A stretch of 64,000 nucleotides of DNA, from positions 142,476,001 to 142,540,000 of the forward strand of contig OZ038378.1 in NCBI GenBank assembly GCA_964036045.1, read 5' to 3'. Position 1 is the first letter of the stretch, and each line of letters opens with the position of its first letter. Origin of the DNA: Eutreptiella sp. 'Long Island Sound 2002' (lineage: Eukaryota; Protista; Euglenida). Positions 37,960-48,959 of this stretch are shown piece after piece. The translations under genes and the position numbers were made by a program. The notes beneath the pieces were generated by a model. That model was not told where the DNA came from. It made no database searches and saw only the letters and a program-made list of their open reading frames with translations.

Positions 37960-39628
37960 TCACTCACACCCACCACATACGTGATGCCCTATGATATGCC
38001 AATGTGGCACAACACACTGTTCCGCAATCAGCACAGTCAACCCTATTATGGCCCCAGATTGATTCGTGGCGGTGTCCTCGCTTGGGGCAATTTCCTTGAG
38101 GACGATCCATCTCAGGATTGCGTCACCCCCACATGGAAACCTATTTACAATGTCACCAAGCCGGCTGCACAGGATGGGGATTCCTTCTTCCTGAGCCCTG
38201 ATTTTTGGATGCTTTGGAACAAAGCGGCAGTGCGATCACGTCTCTCCTACCCTGTCAAACTCAAGAGTAGACAGTCTCGCGACATCTGGGGAAAATTTTG
38301 CAGCTCTGAAGTACCGCTCCACCTCAAGGACTTTATCAGGAAAACACTGTGGAAAAAACTCCGGGTGGGTCGGAGACTAAGTAAATGGATCCGAAATGCA
38401 CCGCATTGCCCTCGTGACCGAATGGAAGAAACACTTGAACATACCCTTCCTACCTGCAGGTTTGTACCGTTTGCTTTTGATACCATTGCCAAATGTTTTC
38501 TACCCATCGCTGTCAATGAGTCCATTGTCTCTTCAGTTTGGGAACTTTTCGATAATTTCTTAAACTCTACTTTTGAGTTACCGGCGGGGATCATGTCCTG
38601 GGTAGCCATCATGGTTAACTGGGACTGCCGCTGTGCCGCACGTAACACTGCACTGACGTGGCAGCGCTTCATGCATTTGTGCGTGTCGGCAGTCAAACGT
38701 TTGACAAGACTCCAGTGCCCACGTATCCCAGTGCACGATCTATCTTCTTTTGCCAATTCACTCTCATCTCTTTTGAATGATGGCAAACTGCTCCATCCCC
38801 GACTAAACCCACTGCCTCTTGAACCCAAAATTTCCAAAGCACAGGCCAGGCAGAGGAAATTCGATAACGCAGTTCGTGATTCTCATAAACTAGATGCATT
38901 GCTCGATGACCTCAAGGTAAAACGTTCCATATAGTCTACACTGACGGCTCGTTTGCATGGGTATCAGGTGTGGGGCTAATCGGGGGCTACGGCATTTTTG
39001 CAGATGGCCTCCTCTCAGTAAGCGCACATCTACCCCCTTCCATGAGACAGACCAAGAACACCGCTGAAATTTATGCCGCCATACAAGCCCTCAAATTCTT
39101 TCCCGACGGGAAGATTGCAATCTGCACAGACTCAGCTCTGGTTTTTCTCGGAGCAACAGGGAAGGCACGTGGCAGTGGGCTCTCAATAATTGGGTGGGCT
39201 CACATGGGCCCCTCAGCATAGATTTGTGGAAAGCGCTCTTGGCTGAACTTGAATCGCATGTGGGAGAAGTGACTTGGGTCAAGATCCCTTCACACGTAGG
39301 CATCCTGGGGAACGAAGAGGCAGATTCCCTTGCGGAAAATGGGAGGCTCTCCAGCCCCCTACTAACGAATTCATTGGCCCCCTCTGCACGAAATTTGCGG
39401 CACTCAGTCCCGCCCCGATGGAGGCCCGAAGCACCGAAGGCATCAGCACCCCCATTTATTCCAATTTCAGACCCCGATTCTGACTCTCCTTCAGAGCAAA
39501 TTTGAGATGATGTGGACGCCCCACTGTCCCCTGCCGCCACGGAGCGCCATGTTTTCGATACCTCTGGGCCCAGTGATGATCGCAGTACCCCATCAACCTC
39601 AGCCCCGCCCTCTGCCACGGATGGATTC
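37960..39628 (+). mobile_element. 5'-truncated LINE (post-RT region, zf-RVT, RNase H); the tail probably resumes at 44850 after the nested YR element
   Basis: ORF 37912-38934 contains PMWHNTLF and LWKKLRVG..HCPRDRMEETLEHTLPTC. The RNase H motifs VYTDGS, NTAEIYAAIQAL, ICTDS and WVKIPSHVGILGNEEADSLA lie at 38935-39350, split by frameshifts. Confidence 0.85.
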
Positions 39629-39732
39629 GTGAATCTCCTGTTTACTGCAGGGAAACAGGGGTTTTACGCAGTTTTGTTATTGTTGTACACTGTCTCCATT
39701 TAGTTTCTTATTTAAATATTGCCTGGGGAGTC
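39629..39732 (+). repeat. Split direct repeat A1
   Basis: 104 bp with 3 mismatches to 44593-44696. Confidence 0.95.
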
Positions 39733-39827
39733 AAAAGGTGCAGGCCTGAGACATCGAACAATCCTGTGATAGGCCCACCTTCCCTTCAAGCTTCTCCCCT
39801 TTTGCCTGTCGGTCGCTGCCCTTCACC

Positions 39828-40874
39828 ATGTCGGAGTCCATCGATTTCCAGGATTATATCCTGGCGGGGGTACAGGAGTCGGTGAGGGGAGATTCCCCAG
39901 CACGTGAATGGGCTCTGGCACGTACAAAGGTATTAAAGAGCCTTCGGGGACTGGGTGCCAGACGTACCGAGTGGATACGACAGTTCGCGGCTTTGGTTCA
40001 ATTCACGGGCGATGAGGATGCGTTTATTGAATACATCATCGGATATGTCCTGACGGCGGGGGTGACTTTAAATGTGGAGACAGGCCTCTTTACTGCGAAT
40101 GCCCAGGTGTCCCCGGGACCTCTTCATGACACGGCTCTGCAGACGCTCTTGGAAAATCAGCAGAAAATGATCTCCGACTTGCATGCACAGGTCGCCAGCC
40201 TGACTTCTGCACCGGCCAAACAGGAAATGGCGATACCTCCCCTGTCACTTAAAGCTCTGTACAACCTGCACGTGGCGTACAACCACCCCCAGTGGGTGGT
40301 CCGCATGATTTGGTTTCTTCGTGCCATGGTCCTACGTCTGCCGATCCCACAGCGCGAGATGAGGATGTCTGACAAGTGGGGCGACGAGCAACAGCGTGCC
40401 CTGCTGATGGAGTTCTCCGATGCCCAGAAGGCGAATGACACGGTGTGGACTGACCTGAAGCCTGACGGGGACGACGTAGCGATGGCGGGCAGATATTCCG
40501 ACAAGGATCTGGGAAAGGCGAACCCTTCCGCAGGCCCCGAATTGTCTGAGGGTCTGGTCCAAATGACGGAAGCCATGTGGCTCTTGACTTACACGGCGGT
40601 GCACAAATACAAGGAAAAATACGAGTCTGATGCCACACAGTCCAAACAGGTGTCAAGTAATTCGGTGTTCACAGAGGGCCTGACGCCAGCGGGAGCGCGG
40701 ATAAAGAAAATCATGGCCAAACGCTTTCGGATCCAGGATGGAGTGGAGTTCTTTGAGGTGCACAAGAACGAGTGGGTTCGGTCATCCGACCCACCGGTGG
40801 GCCCGTGTAAAACGTGCAGAGAAAAAGGAAAGATTGAGCGCCACTGGGTCTGGCAGTGCCCTCTCTTGGAGTGA
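39828..40874 (+). CDS. Gag-like ORF1 of the YR element (348 aa)
   Basis: Intact ATG-to-stop ORF first in the element, with a C-terminal Cx2Cx8Hx4C knuckle (CKTCREKGKIERHWVWQC). Confidence 0.75.
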   Translation: MSESIDFQDYILAGVQESVRGDSPAREWALARTKVLKSLRGLGARRTEWIRQFAALVQFTGDEDAFIEYIIGYVLTAGVTLNVETGLFTANAQVSPGPLHDTALQTLLENQQKMISDLHAQVASLTSAPAKQEMAIPPLSLKALYNLHVAYNHPQWVVRMIWFLRAMVLRLPIPQREMRMSDKWGDEQQRALLMEFSDAQKANDTVWTDLKPDGDDVAMAGRYSDKDLGKANPSAGPELSEGLVQMTEAMWLLTYTAVHKYKEKYESDATQSKQVSSNSVFTEGLTPAGARIKKIMAKRFRIQDGVEFFEVHKNEWVRSSDPPVGPCKTCREKGKIERHWVWQCPLLE

Positions 40875-40964
40875 AAAGATGCCCCCCCGCTGGTGGGGGG
40901 GTTTGAACCAGAATGGGCTCCCCGTGCCCCTGCCACGCCAGCCCCCGGCTCGTCGTCATCACAG

Positions 40965-42170
40965 ATGGCTTCCGAAGACACCATCCACTGGCCCTCGATC
41001 TTGGACGCATGGAAAGCCTTGGGGTATTGCGACCCGCACGACTGCGTCTCCGCGGCAATTCTATCCACGTGGAAAGGAGGTACGCGAGACGCGTATGCAT
41101 CCCATCTCCGACGTCTGGCACAAATCGGTGGTCGAACAGCCTGGAATGACGCGCAGCGGGTGGTCGAATTGGCACTCTTCCAAATGTTCAAGATGGGCTT
41201 CCGAAAGGCCACTCTCCGTGGCTGCGTCTCCGCGGTCAAAGCATGCGTGGTACTGGGGTGGCTACCGGAGCTCAATTGGACCCGCCTATGGAGGATCACA
41301 AAAGCGCCAGTGGATTCCGAAGTCCACAGACCGTACGGTGGTCCTGACGTCCTCCAGATCATCGCTGAAGCCTGCACATCGGTGGAAGAATGGATCACGT
41401 ATGCTGGATGTGTCCAGTCGGTCTCCTCCCTATCCAGGGTGGGTGAAGTATCCTCGGCGCGAAGGAATGGAGCGGGAAAGTCATACTTCTCGTTCTGGGG
41501 CCTCAAACGGGGGGAGCGCTGGGTCACACGCCAGCTGGGCCCCTATGCTGCAGTCTGGGCACGTTGGCTGCGTCGTATCCGACCAGGTCGCGGCATCCTC
41601 TTATTCTCCGCGGCGCAGTTGGAGGAAAACATGGAGAAGCTACTCAAAGGTTCGATACGAGCGGAGGCACGCTGGCATGCATGGAGGCGCGCGGGGGCCA
41701 CGTACCTACGCGCCTTCGGTCTGCCCTGGCGCTTCCTTTGCTGGTGGGGGCGTTGGGCCAGTGTTAAAATGGCCCATTACTACGCTACCCCGCCTGATGA
41801 GTTCGACATGGTCGATGAAGCGCGATTGCCTTGGCCAACAGACACGGGTTTCACCTGGAAGCGTACCCACTTGGCCCTCCTGTGGCCAAAGTCTCTCCGG
41901 GACCTGTTCGACGAAAAGCCGACCATCAAGAAGCCCTCCTCGGAGTCCAGAAAGAGCGCCAGAGATTCCTCAAGGCAGGTCGTGGATTCGGACTCGGAGG
42001 GAGATGCAGCCTATCCTCCGCAACAAGGCCGCTCTCGGTGTGAGCCCATCATCGTGGGTGAGGCCCCACCTGCCACTGCCAAGCGCCGCAAAGCCCAGGG
42101 GTCCTCCTCCAACGGTCGGTCCTCGGGAAATCGGGTACAGCCAAGAACCTCTTCAGCGTCCACGGCCTGA
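40965..42170 (+). CDS. Tyrosine recombinase
   Basis: The catalytic pattern is present: R (LSRVGE), K (GLKRG), HxxR (WHAWRRAG), W (WWGRW) and Y (AHYYA). There is an N-terminal helical domain. Confidence 0.88.
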   Translation: MASEDTIHWPSILDAWKALGYCDPHDCVSAAILSTWKGGTRDAYASHLRRLAQIGGRTAWNDAQRVVELALFQMFKMGFRKATLRGCVSAVKACVVLGWLPELNWTRLWRITKAPVDSEVHRPYGGPDVLQIIAEACTSVEEWITYAGCVQSVSSLSRVGEVSSARRNGAGKSYFSFWGLKRGERWVTRQLGPYAAVWARWLRRIRPGRGILLFSAAQLEENMEKLLKGSIRAEARWHAWRRAGATYLRAFGLPWRFLCWWGRWASVKMAHYYATPPDEFDMVDEARLPWPTDTGFTWKRTHLALLWPKSLRDLFDEKPTIKKPSSESRKSARDSSRQVVDSDSEGDAAYPPQQGRSRCEPIIVGEAPPATAKRRKAQGSSSNGRSSGNRVQPRTSSASTA

Positions 42171-42499
42171 ACGACGACAACGGCCAAGGCCCCAGTCACC
42201 GCCCCTCCTGAGCCGCCTTCCACAGCCACATCTTCCGGTGGTGATGGGGTGCAGGCATGCGCCACAACAACGGATCGTGACAAGTCCATTGACAGCGGTC
42301 AAGCCGCCTCAAAGTTCGCAGGCAGGGTGCGGTCCTCGGTCACAGGGGCCCGGAGATCAGTGCAGCCAGTCCGACTCAACCCCAAGGAGATGGCCCTCAA
42401 AGTCAGACGTGCTGCGGGTGGCACCGCTGGACTTCTCCTGCCCTCGGTTGCAGGCGGTGGAGCGGTTGCTCGACTCTCCAAGGGGTCTGGGCTGGATAA

Positions 42500-44406
42500 A
42501 TAATACCCTGGAGGGGCTTCGGTTACCTGACTCTTTGAGACCGTTGGTGAGGGGTCGGATTCGGTTGCTCCTTATGCGAGGAGCCCGTGTGGCCTTTGAT
42601 ATCTCTATGTCCTCTTTTGACGAGAGGGTCCTGCGGGCTTTGGATGCCCTTACCCCTGAAGTCTGGATTTGCATCTTCAAAGATACTACTTCCCCTATCA
42701 CTCTGCTTATTGGTTTGGACAGGAGCGTCCTGGACAGGGGAATAGGCCAGATTGGTTCCATCAGCATACCCCCCTTTATTTGGAATTTTTTGGCCCCAGA
42801 GGATTTTGAATCCGTTGCTTCGCGGGATCTGGGTAGCATGCGTAGTATGTCGGAAGAGGGCCTGGTGATGGCTAGAGCATTGGTGCGCGACGGTGTGCTT
42901 AGCGAGTGGGGGGGGGGGGGGGGCGAATGGGTACATGTTCCCGGTCCCGAAAAACTCCACAAAGGCGTCCATGATTGTGCACTTGGTGAAGTTTAATAAG
43001 GCTCACGAACATAAACCGGCGAGCTTTGGGCTCCCTTCAGTGGAGGATCTGGCTCTTATGGTGCAGGTTCACAGCTTGCAGTTGCCACGTTTGGCTTTGG
43101 GTGATGCAGATTATTTGCGCTTTTTGTCCGACCCTTTTTTGCAATCCCTGGAGCACTTGCGTGTCGAGTCAGAGCCAGGTGCGCCCCTGGTTGCTTGCCA
43201 TGTGGACCTGACGAACGCATTTTGGTCCCTACGGCTCCCCGACCACCTCCGGGGCGCCTTCCGGGTCTGCATTGATGGAAAGGTTTATGGATTTAATTGC
43301 CTGCCGTTTGGTTGGCAATACTCCCCCATTGTCTGCCAGACTGTTTTGGGGTATATCCTGGCGTCCCTGGGTTTTTCGAATGTTTTGGTTTTGCATTACC
43401 TCGACGATTTTTTAATTGTAGGTTATGGCAAGAATAGGGTGCGAACGGCCGCTGCCTCTTTGTGCGAGGCCTTGAGGAAGTCAGGGGCTATAATCAGTGT
43501 CAAGAGTGTTTTGGAGCCGGTCACCAGGATCCTGTGGTTGGGGAAGGACCTGAATTTTGATCCCTTACACTCGTCGATCCACACAACACCACAGGGTTGG
43601 GCCTCTCTGGTTGGGGTTTGGTTGAGGACGGCTCTACAGCCTCTTACCCGCAAGCGTGCTCGTAAGATTTTGGGTCGTTTTACCTGGGCAGTGCGCCTTG
43701 CCGTTGGTGGAATGCCCTTCCTCTCCGGCTGGTGGAATTTCTGTCAATGGGGCCCCAATTGGCTGCAGAATTGCATTGCCCCATGCGCCTCCTGCTTAGC
43801 CTGACACATGTTTTGGTTCTGGCGTTGGAGGGTTGGCGTCCACCACCACTGATTCCCTTTGTCCTCGCCAGGCGGGGCACCATTTATGTTGATGCCGCCT
43901 TTGACAAGGACAGATATAAAGTAGGCGTTTGGAGTTCGTCCCTGGGGGGCAGGGTTTTTCACTGCAGCAATTGGGTGCGCACTCAGCAAGAGGCTGAGCT
44001 GGAGGCCATGATCCGAGGGGTGCGCATTTGAAAGATTGGCTTGCCTGCGTTCTGCCTTGTGGGAGATAACTGGGCGGCCCTGGAACAGGTGGCGTCGTTC
44101 CGAGCCCGATCTGGTCTCAAGCGTCAGAACCGACACCTGCGTCGTCTTTTCTACGTCTGGCGTCGTCTGCAGTCATCTGTCTATCTGTCGTGGGCGCCGG
44201 GCGACCTAAACCCGGCTGATTGCTTCTCTAGAATAGACAGTGATTGGAAAGGCGACTTCAGGGCCGCACACCAGTGTGCCCTTGACAGACTGACGGCCCT
44301 ACAGTCGTATGCAGGTCTGCCGGCCCCAGTTTGGATATTGGGCTTCCCCAAGGGTCGGTCTGGGGCTTTTCGGAACCTACAAGGCAGTGCTGTGGGGGCG
44401 GCCTGA
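42500..44406 (+). pseudogene. DIRS-type RT/RNase H (pol) with two frameshifts and one internal stop
   Basis: RT motifs MFPVPKNS, VDLTNAFW, LPFGWQYSP, HYLDDF and WLGK; RNase H motifs IYVDAA, QEAELEA, VGDNWAA and PGDLNPADCFSR. Breaks occur at the G16 run 42908-42923, near 43770-43800, and at TGA 44029-44031. Confidence 0.88.
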
Positions 44407-44551
44407 CTGGCCATGCAGGCAGGATGTTGGAGGTCGTGATGCCCCTGGCGCCGTGGCCGGTTGGCTGCAGAGCGGCCGGGGGCTCCGCCTGACCTGCCAT
44501 GCATCCCAGGCGATTGATTTTTGCGTCACGCGCGAATAAAGAAACCAGGGT

Positions 44552-44848
44552 ACAGAACAACATGCCATTCGAATTGTTGCCTTGTTTTATGTGTGAAACT
44601 CCTGTTTACTGCAGGGAAACAGGGGTTTTACGTATTTTTGTTATTGTTGTACACTGTCTCCATTTAGTTTCTTATTTAAATATTGCCTGGGGAGTCCCGC
44701 CCTCCCGCCCAGTCACGACATGTAGGGCGCCCGCCCTCCCACCCAAGGGATGGGGTTTCTATGGTTCCATGAGCCTTTGTTGTGAACCTACAGAGGGTAC
44801 AGACAGAACAACATGCCATTCGAATTGTTGCCTTGTTTTATGTGTGAA
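44552..44848 (+). repeat. 3' split direct repeats B1-A2-spacer-B2
   Basis: B1 (44552-44597) is identical to B2 (44803-44848), 46 bp. A2 spans 44593-44696. AATAAA lies at 44535-44540. Confidence 0.95.
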
Positions 44849-45861
44849 TCCAATGCACGACACTCCACCATGCTGTACAGCATGCAGGCAGATACCCCGT
44901 CTACTGACCACACGGCTGGGCTCATGAGGCATGGACGGGCTTCCCGTGAGCAAATGTAAAGGACGGTGGGAGGAGCCTCTTGTCATACAGGGCAGCAGCT
45001 CTCCTGATACCCGCACGACTTGCCCCTTGGGTGAATCTGAGTGATGGAATGGGCAGAAGCCCCATGGACTATTGCTCCTTAATATGATTTCCTTCCTTCA
45101 GCCCCGCCCTCTGCAGTGGCACGGTCGCTCCGGGGAACTCCGGGATTCTTTCCGCTGGAAACAAGTCCAGCAACGCAGCTGCTCAATTGGATCTGCAGCT
45201 TCTTCATACCCCATGTGGCAACACGGTGCATGAGGAGGTGAGCACCCCATCTAGTCACGCATGACCATCATCACGGTGCATGACCATCTAGTCACGCAGC
45301 CAGTCACGCCCGGCGCATACTAAATTGTGACTCTGACGCAAGCCCGATCTCCGCAGGACAATCATCTGTTTCTTCAGCTAGCTGTGCTAGCACAGACGTA
45401 TCTGCACCCAGGAAACACAGGCGCATCCTGCACACATGATGGCCATCTCTAATCTTTTTGGTGTATATACCACGGATCCAACACAGCACACAACACACAA
45501 AGTAGGAGACCCACCGCACTGAGAGCCGAAGGAGTGCTTGATTACGGACACAGTGGGTTGCAGGACAGACTGTACAGCAGCATGCAGGCAACACGTCGTT
45601 GCCGCCTGTTTCATTATCATGACCGCTCAGTCTCGTGAAATTGTAGATATGTAATCGATTAGTAATGCGTGATTGCGTAGCGTTTCATTCTGATTGTTCA
45701 TAGCATATCCTTTGGACCACGAACACTGTCGCAGTGTGAATGATGATTGCGCCCTCCTCCGCTCCAATGTGTCCCTGCTGAACCCCCCCCCCAAAAAACA
45801 AGGGAGGATGGGACGGCTGCCCCCACCTTCCCAGTCCCGCTCCGCTGTTGCACAGTGCCCC

Positions 45862-46734
45862 ATGAGCAAGCGCCAGCGCGTTGCCACAAACCGGGAACCG
45901 GCGCAGCGACCGCCCCCCGACGCCGACGACCTGGTCCAGGTCGTCGTCCAGCACCAGGAGGAGCGGTTCGCCGTCTCCCTCCCGCCCCGCGGGGCCACCG
46001 TCGCCACCCTCAAGGCCGCGGTCCGCGCGCTCAAGGGCTTCGCCGAGGACCAGCAGCGCCTGATCTTCGGCGGGCGGCAGCTGCAGGACCCCGACGTGCT
46101 CGCCGCGTGCGGCATCGGGCCCGGGGTGACCGTGATATTGGCGATGCGCATGCCGCCGGCCGACGCGGACGGCGCGGACGGTGCGGACCTGGTCCTCCGC
46201 GTGCAGACGTTGACGGGCCGGACGCTGCACGTGCGGGTCCGCGGGGCCGACACCGTCATGTGCCTCAAGGCGCTCGTCCGGGAGCGCGCGGGCGTCCCCG
46301 AAGACCAGCAGGTGCTCATCTACCGCGGCCAGACCCTGCAGCCCGGGGGCCGGAGCATCGCGGACTGCGGCCTCCAGCCCGACGGCGTCGTCCACCTCAT
46401 CGTCCGGGACAGCTGGCGGCCGGCGGGGGACGCCCGCATCAGTGTGTTCGTCAAGACCCTGACCGGGCGGACCGTGGCGGTGCAGGTGCGGGGGTCGGAC
46501 CGCATCAGCGCCCTCAAGTCGCTGATCCGGGACAAGGAGGGGTGTCCGGAGGACCAGCAACGCCTGGTGTTCGCCGGCCAACAGCTGGAGGATGACCGCT
46601 CCGTCGACGACCACCGCTTGATGGAGCACAGCACTGTGCACATGGTGCTGCGCCTGCGGGGCTACGGCGCCCCGGCGGTGTACTTCCAGCTGTCTGCACT
46701 GGAGCGCCAGGAGCGCGGCGGGTTTCGGATGCAG
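45862..46734 (+). CDS. Protein with three tandem ubiquitin-like domains (exon 1; probable further exons 46958-46992 and 47234-47468)
   Basis: Three UBL folds with [27 protein letters not shown] and [28 protein letters not shown]. Donor CAG|GTTTGC at 46735. The downstream GT-AG exons join in frame but are speculative. Confidence 0.85.
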
Positions 46735-47589
46735 GTTTGCTCCATCCCCGATCCCTCCCTCCATCCGCCTCCCCCCCTCCCCCCTCCCCCCTCCGCCCCC
46801 CCCCCCCCCCCCCTCCGTGTCCCTCCATGCCTCCCTCCGTCCCTTCCTCCCCCCCTTCCTCCGACCACCCGGTGATTGACGACCCTCGCGGCCTGATCGT
46901 CGCATGCGGGCACAAACAAGCGCTGAGGATACCCCTTCCCCCCAGTCTTGTCCACAGTACGGCTTTTCCAAGGCACGGTCGGCGTATGGACCGTAGGCGT
47001 ACGGTGTTGGGTTAATTGTAAGTTTGATTCGGCACCAACTGTGATGCACGGAGATGTAGTGTTAGGGCATGATTTGTGTGGGGGCACTGCACAGTAAATG
47101 ATTTGCCATTAGCACTTGGAGGGCGTGGCTTATGACCATTTGCCATTAGCGGGAGGGGGGGGGGTTATGACCATTCTGTGCACCAGATCCACAATGCAAA
47201 CGGGTATTCCACCTCCTGTGCTCTCTTTCCCAGCGTGCGTGTCAAATACGGTCTTGTCTCACAGTGCAACAGGCCGCTGGCGCTGCCTTCCGCCCGCCCC
47301 AGTACCACCGCCACCCCTCCTGCCACTCCGCCCGCTGCCCCCCTGCCCGCCGCCCGCCCCCGCACAATTTGGCGCGTTGAGGGGAACATGCGCATCGTGC
47401 GCACACATTTGAATCCCTTTTTGCCGTTTGTTGAGAGTTTCAACAATGGCAGGGCCGCAGTGGCCTAAGGGGTTGGCATACAAAACGGAGACCCCCCCCC
47501 CCCCACATACACTTCCTGACCAAAGCAATTGTGGTTAAAGCTGCCCGTCCCCCTGGCCAAATTCCTGGAGGGCTGTCGACCAAGGAGAC

Positions 47590-48750
47590 GGAGGAAACAT
47601 GGCCCGGCACGCCACATGAAGCGAGGCCTCAGATGATACCCAATGCTGCGACGCAAACGGCTCGCAGTGTTTCGGCTTCAATCCACCACGCCACGGGGTT
47701 GCTCCTTTCCATTAGAGGCCGTCGTTTTTGAGAAGTTTGGCTTGCAGTTTGACATTTGTTCGTCACTCAATTGATGTGCTCCTCTTTTGCGTCCTCCTTT
47801 GTCCTCTGCGGACGTAGAATCCTTCTCTGTATTTTGCCCGAACCAACACGTCGTTAAGCTACTTGCTGTTTGAGCCGAGGGGATAAGAACCCACCCATGG
47901 TCTTAGCATGATGTAAACACTTAATGATCTAAGCGGGTGATGGCGGAGGGGGCAGGCATGGGCACGTTGGAAGGAGAGTGGGGCTTGAGTGGGGTGCCAG
48001 GAACGGTGCAGAAGGGGGTTGGATGGCATTTGCAAAACCGGTTACTGTCGGGTACAAAGCCGTTGTTTTTTTTTTTTGGAGGTTTGCACTCGAAGAAGGG
48101 GCTCGGCCCTTGGGGGGTTTGTGGGAGAGTGGTGTTTAGCAGCAGTAACCACAGGCAGAGGAATGATAAAGAATGTCACCAACCTCACATGCATGCAAAA
48201 ATGATGTGCATCACACATCGCACCATGCGCACGTTTCCCTCCTTGGTGCCCCGCCCATGCCCAGAGTAGCAAACTAGGAAAGTGACCGGGCATATGGCAC
48301 TGACCTAAACTCGGGTTCGGTGGGCAAGAGGACTAGTGGCACTGGCTTCGCATTTGCAAAGTGTACAAATGCAGGGACCAACATTCGTGGCCTCTCATAC
48401 CGAGTCCCAGTTCACCTCGGTGGCGGATGGGAACAAGCATACCTATAACCCGTGTTCTCCTCCCTCCTCCAAGGGACGCCAAGTGTGCGCCCAAGCAGCA
48501 AAATGATCCGCCTCCACTATGGGGCTTAAATGATGGTATTGCCTCGTCTCCTAGACAAAGCCTCCGTAAAAAGACTGGTATCGGTTGCATGATCCGGAGG
48601 CCTTCCCATGGCTCTTCCACAAGATTTCCTGATGGGAGCAATGCTCCAAATAGGACACATTTCTGAGCAGTTTCGAGCAGCTGCGCATGGTTTCACTGAC
48701 CTGCACATTGCCCCCGCCCTCGCCTCTGATCTGTTAGATATTGTGGCCGG
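47590..48750 (-). mobile_element. Possible highly decayed tyrosine-recombinase relic
   Basis: Minus-strand fragments (LASLGGGRRTRVIGMLVPIR; WRGGLKPKHC..HWVSSEASLHVA) loosely match the YR N- and C-terminal motifs. Confidence 0.3.
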
Positions 48751-48959
48751 GGCCATCGCCATCCTTCGCTTGCCGCGGTGGCATGTTCACAGATCTAGGA
48801 CCCCGACAGCCTTTTAGGTGTCTATGGGCCTTGCCAGATTGCCCCCTGTTGGAGGCTTGGAGACGGGGGCAGTCCCTAAGTACTTATCACTTTGTTGGGC
48901 CCTAGGCCTTCGGAGGCTAGGGATAGAACCTTCTCCCTCTGTCCCTTTTGCCTACCTTG

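Larger units (their letters stand above)
39629..44849 (+). mobile_element. Tyrosine-recombinase retrotransposon (VIPER/TATE-like gene order, split direct repeats)
   Basis: Gag, YR, RT and RNase H occur in that order. Repeats are A1 39629-39732 / A2 44593-44696 and B1 44552-44597 / B2 44803-44848. Confidence 0.92.

Noticed and set aside
46735-46957. Non-conventional introns releasing an extra exon [19 protein letters not shown] (46872-46928)
   Set aside because: This would need a GT-CG intron and a 29-nt AT-AG intron. A fully canonical GT-AG model skipping this segment fits in frame, and no pairing of intron ends was evident.
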